DNA of 64,000 bases, from the NCBI GenBank assembly GCA_043820025.1, contig JBDRED010000005.1, positions 20,442 to 84,441 of the forward strand, read 5' to 3'. Origin of the DNA: Elusimicrobiota bacterium (GTDB lineage: Bacteria; RUG730; JBDRED01). The notes beneath the pieces were generated by a model. The model saw only the letters and a list, made by a program, of their open reading frames with translations. It did not search any database and was not told the DNA's origin. The translations under genes were made by a program, and so were the position numbers. Of this stretch, positions 10,741-20,306 are shown in pieces (the first letter of the stretch is position 1; each line of letters opens with the position of its first letter).

Positions 10741-10762
10741 TAATAAATTATATGAGGATTTT

Positions 10763-11215
10763 ATGACGATGCAAATTATAATGAGAATGTTAAGCAGTGG
10801 TTTTTTTGTCGGCTATCTGCCGTATGCTCCCGGGACCTGGGCGAGTATTGTGGCTCTGATATTTTTTTGGTTCGTTCCCATTAATTCATTTTTAGATATT
10901 TTTATACTGCTTGGCGCAACGATCATGAGCATATTTATCGCGACCAAGGCCGAAGCTTACTGGGGAGTGCATGATGATAAACGTATTGTTATTGACGAAT
11001 GGATTGGCTGTGGATGGGCGATTTGCCTCATTCCTCACGAATATAAATATTATTTGGCAGCGCTTGCGCTATTTAGGGTGTTTGATATTACGAAGCCGTT
11101 TTTTATAAAAAAAGCGGAGCTTTTAAAGCGTGGATACGGAATTATGGCTGATGATGTTGTGGCCGGGATTTGCGCGGCTATTGTTTTACGCGTGTTTATA
11201 GGTTTTGGGTTATGA
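10763..11215 (+). CDS. pgpA: Phosphatidylglycerophosphatase A
   Basis: 150 aa with GTWASIVAL, DDKRIVIDEW and FRVFDITKP motifs typical of PgpA. Adjacent to pgsA. Confidence 0.85.
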   Translation: MTMQIIMRMLSSGFFVGYLPYAPGTWASIVALIFFWFVPINSFLDIFILLGATIMSIFIATKAEAYWGVHDDKRIVIDEWIGCGWAICLIPHEYKYYLAALALFRVFDITKPFFIKKAELLKRGYGIMADDVVAGICAAIVLRVFIGFGL

Positions 11216-12111
11216 GCAAAGACGCGCAGGCTATTCTTAATCGCTTCCTGAATTATCTAAATATAGAAAAAAGTTTTTCTGAAAATACGCGTTTAAGTTA
11301 TTCGAATGACCTGAGGCAGTTTGTGGCTTACTTAGACGAGAATAACCGGGAATTGATAAATATTGACAGGCAGGTAGGCCGCGCCTATCTTGCTGAACTG
11401 ACGACAAAGGGCTATAAAAAAACATCGTTAGCGCGTAAGATTGCTGTGCTAAAAAGTTTTTATAAATATTTGCTTGCAGAGAATATTGTTAAAAAAAACA
11501 ACTTCCTTTATATCCGCAGTCCAAAGCAGGATATAAAAGTGCCTACGTTTTTAGATAAAGACGAGGTTATAGATTTAATCGAAGCTCCATCCGATAATTC
11601 GCTTTTCTCATCAAGAGATAAGTCAATATTTGAAGTGTTTTACGCTACAGGCGTGAGAATAAGCGAGCTTGTAAATATTAGATATAAGGATATTGATTTT
11701 TTGGGAGAATCAATTAAAGTTTTGGGTAAAGGTAATAAGGAGCGGCTTATACCTATTGGGCGAAATAGTCTGGGTATTGTGAAAACTTATTATGATCGGC
11801 TTAGGCAGAACATGAAGGGCTTATCGCATGATTACATTTTTGTTAATCGTAAGGGCGGCGTTTTAACAGCTCGAAGCGTTAGAAGAATAGTTGAGAAGTA
11901 TATTAAAAAATTAAGTATTAAAAAAAAGGTGTCGCCTCATACACTAAGGCATACATTTGCTACGCATCTTATTAATGCCGGATGCGACCTGAGGTCTGTT
12001 CAAGAAATGCTTGGGCATGTAAATCTCGCGACAACCCAGATATATACGCACATTGATATTGAGAGGCTTAAAAAGGATTACAAAAAGGCGCACCCGCATT
12101 CAGGAAAATAG
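11212..12111 (+). CDS. Tyrosine recombinase, XerC/XerD family
   Basis: C-terminal HTLRHTFATHL...LGHVNLATTQIYTH catalytic signature. I placed the start at ATG 11212 (ATGA overlap with the pgpA stop) rather than the track start at 11170. Confidence 0.88.
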   Translation: MSKDAQAILNRFLNYLNIEKSFSENTRLSYSNDLRQFVAYLDENNRELINIDRQVGRAYLAELTTKGYKKTSLARKIAVLKSFYKYLLAENIVKKNNFLYIRSPKQDIKVPTFLDKDEVIDLIEAPSDNSLFSSRDKSIFEVFYATGVRISELVNIRYKDIDFLGESIKVLGKGNKERLIPIGRNSLGIVKTYYDRLRQNMKGLSHDYIFVNRKGGVLTARSVRRIVEKYIKKLSIKKKVSPHTLRHTFATHLINAGCDLRSVQEMLGHVNLATTQIYTHIDIERLKKDYKKAHPHSGK

Positions 12112-12174
12112 GAAACAGCGTTTTTATTAATACCATTAATGTGATTATAGAGTCTCGACTCATTTTGAGGTTTT

Positions 12175-13143
12175 ATGGAAACTAATATTAGAAGCTTAAT
12201 AGAGCAGATTGGCTGTGAAGAGAGCGAGGCAAGGCTTGCTTTGGAGTTATGCGACTATGACGCTGAAAAAGCGCTTGGCCAGTTTAATAATCTTGTGCAG
12301 GATCTCACAATAATTAAGGCTAGGATTAAATCGCCGTCCGCAGGGATATTCGCCCTTTTTATGATAATACTTAATCCTAAAGAGAAAAGAGTTATCCGGC
12401 TTAGCGCAGTGGTTTGTAATAATCCTGCGATATGCGAGACAAATCTTGATGGCAATTGGTTTGTGTTTGATCGTAAAATATACACAATACGTTTAGGCGA
12501 AGGCTCATTACAATCCTCAACGCAGGAGTTGGAAAGCCATTTATTCCAAAATTTGCAGTATGAAAAATCGAAAAATTTATATGAACTCCTTCGTCATCGC
12601 AAAGATGCGGCAGTTTCTGAATTTATTGAAAAGCTTGTTTCACAGATTCGGTTCTTTTCAGATTCTTTAGAACTTAATTTATTAATAGATTACATAGGAC
12701 AAAAGACAAAAAAACGACAACAAATGTCGCTTTCAAAAGAAAGCGCCGCTATGTCTCTAAGGCAAGAGAAAACAAATATTGACCTTGCGATAACTCTTGT
12801 AAAAGGGAAAGTACAGAATTCTGTGCCGGCTAAATTTTTATTAAATGGCGATATGGTAATGACTGAGGTTGTGGATGAAAGGGATGTCGCGAGCTATATT
12901 TGCAGGCTTTTTGGAGGAGTGAAACAGGAAAAAGATGTTCCGCTTCACGCAGTTGTTGAGGATATAGTTGCCGGAAAGAATTATTTAACCGTAAAGGTAA
13001 GGTTTAGCCCCGGGATTACCGGGTTTGCTTATGTTTTGCCTGAAGATGATATTATTGTTATTGAAAACAGGAGCGTTATGCCGGCTCGCAGACTGCGTAA
13101 GTTTTTTGTTGATATTAAAAAGAAATTCGACTATAATATATGA
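12175..13143 (+). CDS. Hypothetical protein with N-terminal UBA-like helical motif
   Basis: 322-aa ORF. The N-terminus EESEARLALELCDYDAEKALGQF resembles UBA/EF-Ts N-terminal folds. I do not recognise the rest. Confidence 0.5.
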   Translation: METNIRSLIEQIGCEESEARLALELCDYDAEKALGQFNNLVQDLTIIKARIKSPSAGIFALFMIILNPKEKRVIRLSAVVCNNPAICETNLDGNWFVFDRKIYTIRLGEGSLQSSTQELESHLFQNLQYEKSKNLYELLRHRKDAAVSEFIEKLVSQIRFFSDSLELNLLIDYIGQKTKKRQQMSLSKESAAMSLRQEKTNIDLAITLVKGKVQNSVPAKFLLNGDMVMTEVVDERDVASYICRLFGGVKQEKDVPLHAVVEDIVAGKNYLTVKVRFSPGITGFAYVLPEDDIIVIENRSVMPARRLRKFFVDIKKKFDYNI

Positions 13144-13275
13144 TTAATTCACACACTTCTCTTGAAGCGTTTTTTAACGTTTCATAAGTCTGGCAGTGTT
13201 GTCTTTTGCCGTTTATTTACGGTATTAGATCTGCCGGCAATGGAGGGGTGGAGGAAAAAACACTAGGAGGATAAA

Positions 13276-14091
13276 ATGGCAAACATCACTATGAAAAGCC
13301 TGCTTGAAGCAGGGGTGCACTTTGGGCATCAAAAGCGTCGCTGGAATCCAAAAATGGCGCGGTTCATCTTTGGCGAGAGAAATAATATTCATATTATTGA
13401 CCTGCAAAAGACAGTTAAGGAACTTAGGGCCGCGTACAAATATATAAAGGATGCTGTAGCAGAAGGCAAAACCGTGCTTTTTTGCGGCACAAAGAGGCAG
13501 GCGCAGGAATCAATTGCCGAAGAAGCGAAGCGTACAGGCATGTTTTATGTAAATCATAGATGGCTTGGAGGCATGCTTACCAATTTCACTACAATTAAAA
13601 CCCGCGTTGAAAGGCTCAAATATTTACAAGCATTAAAAGCCAGCCCGAATTGGACAAAACTTAGCAAGAAAGAGATAGCCAGGCTCGACAAAGAATTGAC
13701 TAAAATGGATAGAGCTTTAAGCGGCATAAAGGATATGAATAAACTGCCCGGGATACTTTTAGTTATTGATCCATCACAAGAGACTACGGCAATACTTGAA
13801 GCGCGTAAACTTAAAATTCCAATTGTGGCTGTTGTGGATACAAATTGCGATCCTGATGTTGTTGATATTCCGGTTCCGGGCAATGATGACGCGATACGCG
13901 CAATAAAACTATTTTTAACTATATTCGGGGATGCGATTTTAGAAGGAAAAGAGATAGCCGGAAAGGTTAATATTGAGGATAAAGAAGAAAAGAAAGAAGA
14001 TGTAAATGAAGAAAAATCTAGTCAAATTGAAGTGAACGATAAGAATGTTTCGGAAGATGCAGGTTTAGTTGAAGGCGGGCCTGAAGCATAA
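13276..14091 (+). CDS. rpsB: 30S ribosomal protein S2
   Basis: LLEAGVHFGHQKRRWNPKM signature with an acidic C-terminal tail. AGGAGG RBS. Confidence 0.96.
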   Translation: MANITMKSLLEAGVHFGHQKRRWNPKMARFIFGERNNIHIIDLQKTVKELRAAYKYIKDAVAEGKTVLFCGTKRQAQESIAEEAKRTGMFYVNHRWLGGMLTNFTTIKTRVERLKYLQALKASPNWTKLSKKEIARLDKELTKMDRALSGIKDMNKLPGILLVIDPSQETTAILEARKLKIPIVAVVDTNCDPDVVDIPVPGNDDAIRAIKLFLTIFGDAILEGKEIAGKVNIEDKEEKKEDVNEEKSSQIEVNDKNVSEDAGLVEGGPEA

Positions 14092-14178
14092 AACACTTAC
14101 GTTCGTATTTTGCTGCAGCGGTGAAAATTTTAATGACTCGCGGTACGCGCAATGCGCAACGAATAAAGGAGAATATAT

Positions 14179-14775
14179 ATGGAGATTAAAGCACAGGATG
14201 TTCAAAAATTAAGAGAAAGAACCGGCGTTGGAATGATGGAGTGCAGAAATGCGCTTAAAGACGCCAATGGAAATATTGATAAAGCTATAGATTTGCTTAG
14301 AGAGAGAGGAATCGCAAAAGCTGCTAAAAGGGCTGATCGCACAGCAAGAGAAGGACGCATTATCAGCTATATACATCCGGGCGATAAGCTGGGCGCTATT
14401 GTGGAAATAAATTGCGAAACGGATTTTGTCGCGCGCACCGCAGAATTTGGCGATCTTGGAAGAGAAATTGCTATGCAGGTAGCGGCTGCTCAGCCTATTT
14501 ATGTAACATCTGAGGATGTTCCGCAGGAAGAGATAGAAAAAGAAAAAAAGATTTTAATGAAACAGGTTGAGGATAGCGGAAAGCCGGCTCAGGTTGTTGA
14601 AAAAATAGTCAGCGGAAAAATTAATAAATATTTTGAAGAAGTATGTTTAATGGACCAGGTTTATATCAAGGATTCAGGAAAAAAAATTAAAGATCTGGTA
14701 AATGAATATCGCGCAAAGATTGGAGAAAATGTTCAAATAAGAAGGTTTGCATGTTTTAAATTAGGGGAGAAATAA
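14179..14775 (+). CDS. tsf: Translation elongation factor Ts (short form)
   Basis: LRERTGVGMMECRNALKDANGNIDKAIDLLRERG UBA-like N-terminus and EINCETDFVAR motif. rpsB-tsf-pyrH-frr synteny. Confidence 0.95.
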   Translation: MEIKAQDVQKLRERTGVGMMECRNALKDANGNIDKAIDLLRERGIAKAAKRADRTAREGRIISYIHPGDKLGAIVEINCETDFVARTAEFGDLGREIAMQVAAAQPIYVTSEDVPQEEIEKEKKILMKQVEDSGKPAQVVEKIVSGKINKYFEEVCLMDQVYIKDSGKKIKDLVNEYRAKIGENVQIRRFACFKLGEK

Positions 14776-14778
14776 TAT

Positions 14779-15501
14779 ATGGGCACTGCTTCAAACTTGT
14801 CGCGTTATAAGAGAATATTAATTAAACTCAGCGGTGAGTCTTTGGCAGTTAATGGACAAAGCGGCCTTAGCGCTGACGTTGTTGATAAATTAGCTCATCA
14901 GCTTAAAAAGGTGCAGGCATTGCCTACGCAGATTTCAATTGTAATAGGCGGTGGTAATATTTGGCGTGGTGTTTTTGGCGAGAATATGGACAGGGTTACG
15001 TCTGATTACATGGGGATGCTCGCAACCATGATTAATGCGCTTGCCTTGCAAAACGCTTTAGAGAGTATAGGTGTGCCGACCAGAGTTCAGAGCGCGATAA
15101 ATATGCAAAAACTTGCAGAACCTTTTATTCGCAGAAGAGCTATCCGCCATCTTGAAAAGGGAAGGATAGTGATTTTTGCATGCGGCACAGGAAATCCTTT
15201 TTTTACAACCGATACTGCGGCTGTTTTAAGAGCTTCTGAGGTTGAAGCAGAAGTTATTTTAAAGGCAACAAAGGTAGATGGGGTTTATTCTGACGATCCT
15301 GTTAAAAATAAAGACGCTAAGCGGTATACCGATCTAAGTTTTCAGGAAGCGCTTGTTGAAAATCTGCGAATAATGGACGCTACGGCGTTTTCTTTATGCA
15401 GAGAAAAGAATATCCCGGTTATTGTATTTGATATGACTAAAAATAATAATATTGTAGACGTTGTTTGCGGTAAGAACGTTGGAACTTTGATACATAATTA
15501 A
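14779..15501 (+). CDS. pyrH: UMP kinase
   Basis: ILIKLSGESL, GGGNIWRG and TTDTAAVLRA motifs. Confidence 0.95.
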   Translation: MGTASNLSRYKRILIKLSGESLAVNGQSGLSADVVDKLAHQLKKVQALPTQISIVIGGGNIWRGVFGENMDRVTSDYMGMLATMINALALQNALESIGVPTRVQSAINMQKLAEPFIRRRAIRHLEKGRIVIFACGTGNPFFTTDTAAVLRASEVEAEVILKATKVDGVYSDDPVKNKDAKRYTDLSFQEALVENLRIMDATAFSLCREKNIPVIVFDMTKNNNIVDVVCGKNVGTLIHN

Positions 15502-15544
15502 AATTTCGTTTATCGTTCTAAAGACCATTTTTCAGGAGGGTATT

Positions 15545-16108
15545 ATGGATACTATTAGAAACGTTTCTCATATGGCAGAGGCGAATATGAAGAAGAGTAT
15601 TGAGAAATTAAAAGAAGAACTTCTTCAGGTTAGAACCGGAAGAGCTAATCCTGGAATTTTTGATAATATTAAAATTGAAAGTTATGGAACTCAAGTGCCG
15701 CTTAACCAAATTGCTTCTATTCTTGTTCCTGAACCCAGAGTTTTAGAGATTAAGCCTTGGGATGTAAATACATTACGCGATATTGAAAAAGCAATTTCAA
15801 ATTCATCATTAGGGCTTACTCCTAATAATGACGGTAAATTGATAAGGCTTATACTGCCAAAACTTACAGAAGAAACACGCAAAGATCTTGTAAAATATAT
15901 TAAAAAAGTTGAAGAACAGCAAAAGATAGCTATCAGAAATCAAAGGCGGGAAGCTATAGAAGAACTTAAAAACGCTGAAAAAGGGAAGGTTATTACAGAA
16001 GATCTGCTTAATTTAGGCGAAACTGAGATTCAAAAATTAACTGATAAATATATTCATCTTGTGGAGGACATGATTAAACATAAAGAGCAGGAAATTATGG
16101 AAGTCTAG
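15545..16108 (+). CDS. frr: Ribosome recycling factor
   Basis: 187 aa with LQVRTGRANPGIFDNIKIESYG and LTEETRKDLVK patterns. Confidence 0.95.
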   Translation: MDTIRNVSHMAEANMKKSIEKLKEELLQVRTGRANPGIFDNIKIESYGTQVPLNQIASILVPEPRVLEIKPWDVNTLRDIEKAISNSSLGLTPNNDGKLIRLILPKLTEETRKDLVKYIKKVEEQQKIAIRNQRREAIEELKNAEKGKVITEDLLNLGETEIQKLTDKYIHLVEDMIKHKEQEIMEV

Positions 16109-16117
16109 GGGGGAATT

Positions 16118-16285
16118 ATGGCTCATCAAATAAAGGATGAATGTGTTGGCTGTGGATCGTGCACAAAGATTTGCACTCAACGCGCAATTGTATCTAATGG
16201 AGATAAATATAAAATTGACGCAGAAAAATGCGTAGATTGCGGTGATTGTGTTGCTATCTGCCCGGTAGAAGCGATAAAAGAATAG
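16118..16285 (+). CDS. Small 2x[4Fe-4S] ferredoxin (55 aa; below the ORF-track length cut-off)
   Basis: My own translation is MAHQIKDECVGCGSCTKICTQRAIVSNGDKYKIDAEKCVDCGDCVAICPVEAIKE. It has two CxxCxxCxxxC(P) cluster motifs. A GGGGGG purine tract lies just upstream of the ATG. Confidence 0.8.
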   Translation: MAHQIKDECVGCGSCTKICTQRAIVSNGDKYKIDAEKCVDCGDCVAICPVEAIKE

Positions 16286-16358
16286 TTACTAGTATCAAGG
16301 GGTTAATCTTGTGTGAAAAAATATACATAGGATTATCCCCTTTTTATTTAAGTGTGTA

Positions 16359-16458
16359 TAATTGTCATTCTGAACTTGCCTGCCCGGCCATAGGCGGAGC
16401 AGTCGCCGTCGGGGCAGGAATGACAGAGAGAAATGGATCCCCGCCTTCGCGGGTATGA
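16359..16458. repeat. Hairpin repeat element, family C (taattgtcatNctgaa head)
   Basis: gtcattc(16364-16370)...cctgccc pairs with ggggcagg-aatgac(16411-16424). A second hairpin cccgc-cttc-gcggg ends in gtatgac. The 16-mer head recurs at 49635-49650 with one substitution. Confidence 0.6.
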
Positions 16459-16501
16459 CGCAGCAGCGTTACTTTCTATTTTCTAAAAAGTGAGGGTATA
16501 T

Positions 16502-17188
16502 ATGTCAGTACCGGCGCATGTCGCTATTATTATGGATGGGAACGGCAGATGGGCAAAGTCTAAGGGTTTCCCGCGTATTATTGGGCATAGGTATGGTATG
16601 AAGAGGATAAAGGATGTGGTGAAATCTGCTGATGAGGCTGGGGTGAAAATACTTACGTTGTATGCTTTCTCGACGGAGAATTGGAAACGTCCCAAAAATG
16701 AAGTTCATGGGCTTATGAATCTTTTAGAGATTTATTTAAAAAAAGAGATCAATGAACTTGATAAAAAAAATGTCAGGTTTAGAACAATCGGCGATATAAC
16801 AGCGCTGCCTAATGATATTCAACAGCTAATAAATAACTCTGTAAAAAAGACAGAAAAAAATACAGGATTAATACTGAATATTGCGCTTAATTACGGCGGT
16901 AGAAGCGAGATTGTATCAGCAGTTAATAAAATATGTAAAGATCGGAAAAAGGCTGTTACAGAGGATGAATTCGCAGATTATTTGGATACCAAGGGGCAGG
17001 CTGATCCTGACCTCTTAATCCGCACAGGCGGCGATATGAGAGTCAGTAACTTTTTATTATGGCAGATCGCGTATTCAGAAATTGTTTTTATTAATAAATT
17101 TTGGCCTGATTTTAAAAAGCAGGACTTTAATTCCGCTTTAAAAGAGTATAGTTCGCGTGAGAGGAGGTTTGGCAGTGCAAAAGAGTAA
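16502..17188 (+). CDS. uppS: Undecaprenyl diphosphate synthase
   Basis: HVAIIMDGNGRWA and FSTENWKRP motifs. Start moved to ATG 16502, downstream of a GAGGG RBS. Confidence 0.93.
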   Translation: MSVPAHVAIIMDGNGRWAKSKGFPRIIGHRYGMKRIKDVVKSADEAGVKILTLYAFSTENWKRPKNEVHGLMNLLEIYLKKEINELDKKNVRFRTIGDITALPNDIQQLINNSVKKTEKNTGLILNIALNYGGRSEIVSAVNKICKDRKKAVTEDEFADYLDTKGQADPDLLIRTGGDMRVSNFLLWQIAYSEIVFINKFWPDFKKQDFNSALKEYSSRERRFGSAKE

Positions 17189-18011
17189 TTTGGTTTTACG
17201 ATTTATTATTGCGGTATTTGGAATTTGGTTTATTATATTTATTACGCATTGGGGATTTATTCCGTTCTTTTTGCTTATAACCGTGATTGTGGTTATAGGC
17301 GTTTTAGAATGGTTTTCATTAATGGCTGTAATGGGATACAAGCCTTTGCGTATTTTAGGAATGTGTTTCACTCTTTTGATAATGCTTTCTTTTTTCGCGA
17401 ATGGGATAGGCATTAATATAAAACATCCTATGTTAATTGTAACATCCGCAGTAATCACAATGTTTATAATAATATTTTTTATAGCAGGCATGTTTAGAAA
17501 AAGTATTGACGCGCTTATCATCGATGTTTCAATGACATTTTTCGGGGTTTTTTATATTGCCTGGATGCTGGGACACTTCATAGGTTTAAGAGAGATGGCT
17601 TTGTTTGGAGAATATTATGTGTACTTGGCGTTCTGTTCTGTGTGGGCGCTGGACAGCGCAGCTTACTTTATTGGCATGAAATACGGCAAGCATAAATTGA
17701 TTCCCGGTATCAGCCCGAATAAATCTGTGGAAGGCGCAGTGGCCGGGTTTGCGGCGAGCATTATTGTGGTGTGCCTCGCTAAGCTGATAGTGATAAAGTA
17801 TATGACTTTTGGGGAATGTTTGATAATAGGAAGCGTGATTGGGATAGTCGGACAATTTGGAGATTTTGCCGAGTCTGTTATAAAGCGAAATGCCGGTGTC
17901 AAAGATTCCGGAAGAATTGTATTAGGACATGGCGGCGTACTGGATCGTTTTGACAGCTTAATATTTGTAGTGCCAACTGTGTATTATATTTTAAAATTTT
18001 TATCAAGATAG
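17175..18011 (+). CDS. cdsA: Phosphatidate cytidylyltransferase
   Basis: Multi-TM protein with C-terminal KRNAGVKDSGRIVLGHGGVLDRFDS signature. The likely GTG start at 17175 is preceded by GAGGAGG (17161-17167). Confidence 0.88.
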   Translation: MQKSNLVLRFIIAVFGIWFIIFITHWGFIPFFLLITVIVVIGVLEWFSLMAVMGYKPLRILGMCFTLLIMLSFFANGIGINIKHPMLIVTSAVITMFIIIFFIAGMFRKSIDALIIDVSMTFFGVFYIAWMLGHFIGLREMALFGEYYVYLAFCSVWALDSAAYFIGMKYGKHKLIPGISPNKSVEGAVAGFAASIIVVCLAKLIVIKYMTFGECLIIGSVIGIVGQFGDFAESVIKRNAGVKDSGRIVLGHGGVLDRFDSLIFVVPTVYYILKFLSR

Positions 18012-18060
18012 AAGTCAGAATACAGAATTCAGAAACTACTTTCTAATTTCTATTTTCTAA
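18010..18060. repeat. Tandem heptamer element, family D: (NCAGAAN)x3 - ctac - (TTTCTAN)x3
   Basis: tcagaat-acagaat-tcagaaa (18015-18035) is followed by tttctaa-tttctat-tttctaa (18040-18060), forming an imperfect hairpin. The 12-mer agaagtcagaat is shared with 46222-46233. Confidence 0.7.
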
Positions 18061-18093
18061 AAATTTCTGCAAAGAAATTTTTCCGGAGGAGAG

Positions 18094-19251
18094 ATGAAAA
18101 CGATTGCTGTGCTTGGGTCTACCGGTTCTATTGGAACAATGACACTTGATGTTATAACAAAACTCAAGAACTATAAGGTGATAGCTTTATCTGCCTACAA
18201 AAATATTCCGCTATTAAAAAAACAAATACAGAGGTTCCGGCCAAAAGAGATAGTGATTTTTGATTCAGAAGCAAAAGATAAATTCATTAAAAATGAAAAG
18301 GCTTTGATAAAGAAATTTAATCTTAGAGTGCATACAGGCGTGGATGGATTAAACAGGATAGCGTCATTAAAAGGATTGGATATTGTTCTTGTGGCAGTTG
18401 TCGGCGCTATAGGCCTGGAACCAATATTTAGCGCGATTCGTAATAAAATTACAGTGGCTTTGGCGAATAAAGAACCGCTGGTAATTGCCGGAAGTTTAAT
18501 AATGAAGGAAGCTGAAAAATATCAAACAAGAATACTGCCTGTAGACAGCGAACATAGCGCTATATTCCAATGCCTTCTCGGAGAAAATCCAAATAATATA
18601 AAAAGAATTCTTCTTACAGCTTCCGGCGGGCCGTTCTATAAGTTTACTGAGAAACAGCTAAAATCAATTAATGTAAAAGATTCATTGAAACATCCGAGAT
18701 GGAAGATGGGGCCTAAGATTACTATTGATTCGGCAACATTAATGAATAAAGGTTTAGAGGTTATTGAGGCGCATCATTTGTTTGGCGTTCCTCTGAATAA
18801 AATTTCAGTTGTTATACATCCGCAGTCAATTATACATTCTATGGTGGAGTTTATAGACGATTCAATAAAAGCGCAGATGAGCGCAACGGATATGCGCGGC
18901 CCTATTCAAAATGCTTTGACATTTCCAAATAGGGAGAAATCATCTATTCCTTCTCTTGATTTAACTAAGATAGGCTGTTTTACATTTGATAAGCCTGACA
19001 CAAAAATGTTTCCATGTTTAGCGCTGGCTATTAATGCTCAAAAAATCGGCGGAACCATGCCGGCTGTTCTAAATGCGGCGAATGAAATAGCGGTTGCTAA
19101 ATTTTTAAAAGGTGAAATTGGTTTTTTAGATATTCCGAAAATTATAAAAAAAACAATGAGTAAGCATATTCCCAAGAAACTGCGCGCTATTAAAGATGTT
19201 TTAATAGCGGATGAATGGGCGAGAAAAACAGCTTTAGGGGTGTTAAAATGA
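18094..19251 (+). CDS. dxr: 1-deoxy-D-xylulose 5-phosphate reductoisomerase
   Basis: LGSTGSIGT NADPH-binding N-terminus, NKE...DSEHSAIFQC and HPRWKMG motifs. Confidence 0.95.
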   Translation: MKTIAVLGSTGSIGTMTLDVITKLKNYKVIALSAYKNIPLLKKQIQRFRPKEIVIFDSEAKDKFIKNEKALIKKFNLRVHTGVDGLNRIASLKGLDIVLVAVVGAIGLEPIFSAIRNKITVALANKEPLVIAGSLIMKEAEKYQTRILPVDSEHSAIFQCLLGENPNNIKRILLTASGGPFYKFTEKQLKSINVKDSLKHPRWKMGPKITIDSATLMNKGLEVIEAHHLFGVPLNKISVVIHPQSIIHSMVEFIDDSIKAQMSATDMRGPIQNALTFPNREKSSIPSLDLTKIGCFTFDKPDTKMFPCLALAINAQKIGGTMPAVLNAANEIAVAKFLKGEIGFLDIPKIIKKTMSKHIPKKLRAIKDVLIADEWARKTALGVLK

Positions 19252-20297
19252 TTACAATACTGCTCGTAGCCGCAGCCCTGGGCATAGTTATTATTATCCA
19301 TGAATTGGGCCATTTTATGTTCGCAAAACTATTTGGCGTTAAGGTTGAGGTTTTTTCTCTGGGATTTGGGCCGGAATGGTTTGGTTTTACTAAGAATGGA
19401 ACCAGATACAAAGTAAGCCTGATCCCTCTTGGCGGTTATGTTAAAATGGCCGGAGAAATTCCGGGTGATAAAAAGGAATATGTAAAGGGGGATTTTCTCT
19501 GGCTTGCATGGTGGAAGAGAATACTCGTGGCTTTCGTAGGCCCGCTGATGAATGTATTGGGCGCGGTTGTTATAATATTTGTAATTGTTTTTAAATCAGG
19601 ATTGGCAGTTCCTTTGAACGATCCTGTGATAGGAGCGCTGGTCGAGGGAATGCCTGCGCAGATTGCCGGGATTAAATCAGGCGACGTAATAGAAGAAATA
19701 AATGGCGTGAAAATAAGTTCTTGGGAAGATTTAACAAAAAATATTAATGACAAAAAAAATGATCCGATACATTTGAAGTTAATAAGGCAGGGGGAAGCGA
19801 AGGATCTGGAACTAACGCCAATCTATAATGATAAGTATAAGGTATACATGATTGGCATAGGCCCTAAAATTGAGATAAAAAATGTCTCAATATTTAAGAG
19901 CATAGTTTATAGTTTTCAAACCGTTGGGTATCTCGTTATTCTTTTTTTTAAAACAATTTTCTTGGCTCTGGCAGGAAAGCTCGAGGCGCAGGTTATGGGG
20001 CCCATAGGCGTAGCCCATACATTGACTATGGCTGCAAGATCAAATATTTTAGAGTTTTTAAATTTACTTGCTATGGTCAGCATAAACTTGGGACTTATAA
20101 ATATACTGCCATTGCCTTTACTGGACGGAGGCCATATTGTATTATACTTATGGGAAGGAATAAGAGGTAAAGCTGTTTCGGAAAAGGTAATGCAATACAT
20201 ACAATTGATCGGATTGTTTTTGCTTATTGGATTAATTGTGTTTGCCACAAAACAGGATATAGTCAGGATATTTTTTACAAATAATTTAGGAAGTTAG
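19248..20297 (+). CDS. rseP: RIP zinc metalloprotease RseP (site-2 protease with PDZ domain)
   Basis: HELGHF zinc motif in TM1, a PDZ segment (GMPAQIAGIKSGDVIEEING), and C-terminal NILPLPLLDGGH. Start set at ATG 19248 (ATGA overlap with dxr). Confidence 0.9.
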   Translation: MITILLVAAALGIVIIIHELGHFMFAKLFGVKVEVFSLGFGPEWFGFTKNGTRYKVSLIPLGGYVKMAGEIPGDKKEYVKGDFLWLAWWKRILVAFVGPLMNVLGAVVIIFVIVFKSGLAVPLNDPVIGALVEGMPAQIAGIKSGDVIEEINGVKISSWEDLTKNINDKKNDPIHLKLIRQGEAKDLELTPIYNDKYKVYMIGIGPKIEIKNVSIFKSIVYSFQTVGYLVILFFKTIFLALAGKLEAQVMGPIGVAHTLTMAARSNILEFLNLLAMVSINLGLINILPLPLLDGGHIVLYLWEGIRGKAVSEKVMQYIQLIGLFLLIGLIVFATKQDIVRIFFTNNLGS

Positions 20298-20306
20298 CGC
20301 AGATTG

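Noticed and set aside
11170-11211. Longer Xer recombinase start that overlaps pgpA by 46 nt.
   Set aside because: ATG 11212 gives the classic ATGA stop/start overlap, and the Xer N-terminal domain begins there (MSKDAQAILNRF...).
16246-16458. 70-aa + strand ORF between the ferredoxin and uppS.
   Set aside because: It lies entirely in the GC-rich family C hairpin element, has no RBS and has a Gly/Ala/Pro-rich nonsense-like translation.
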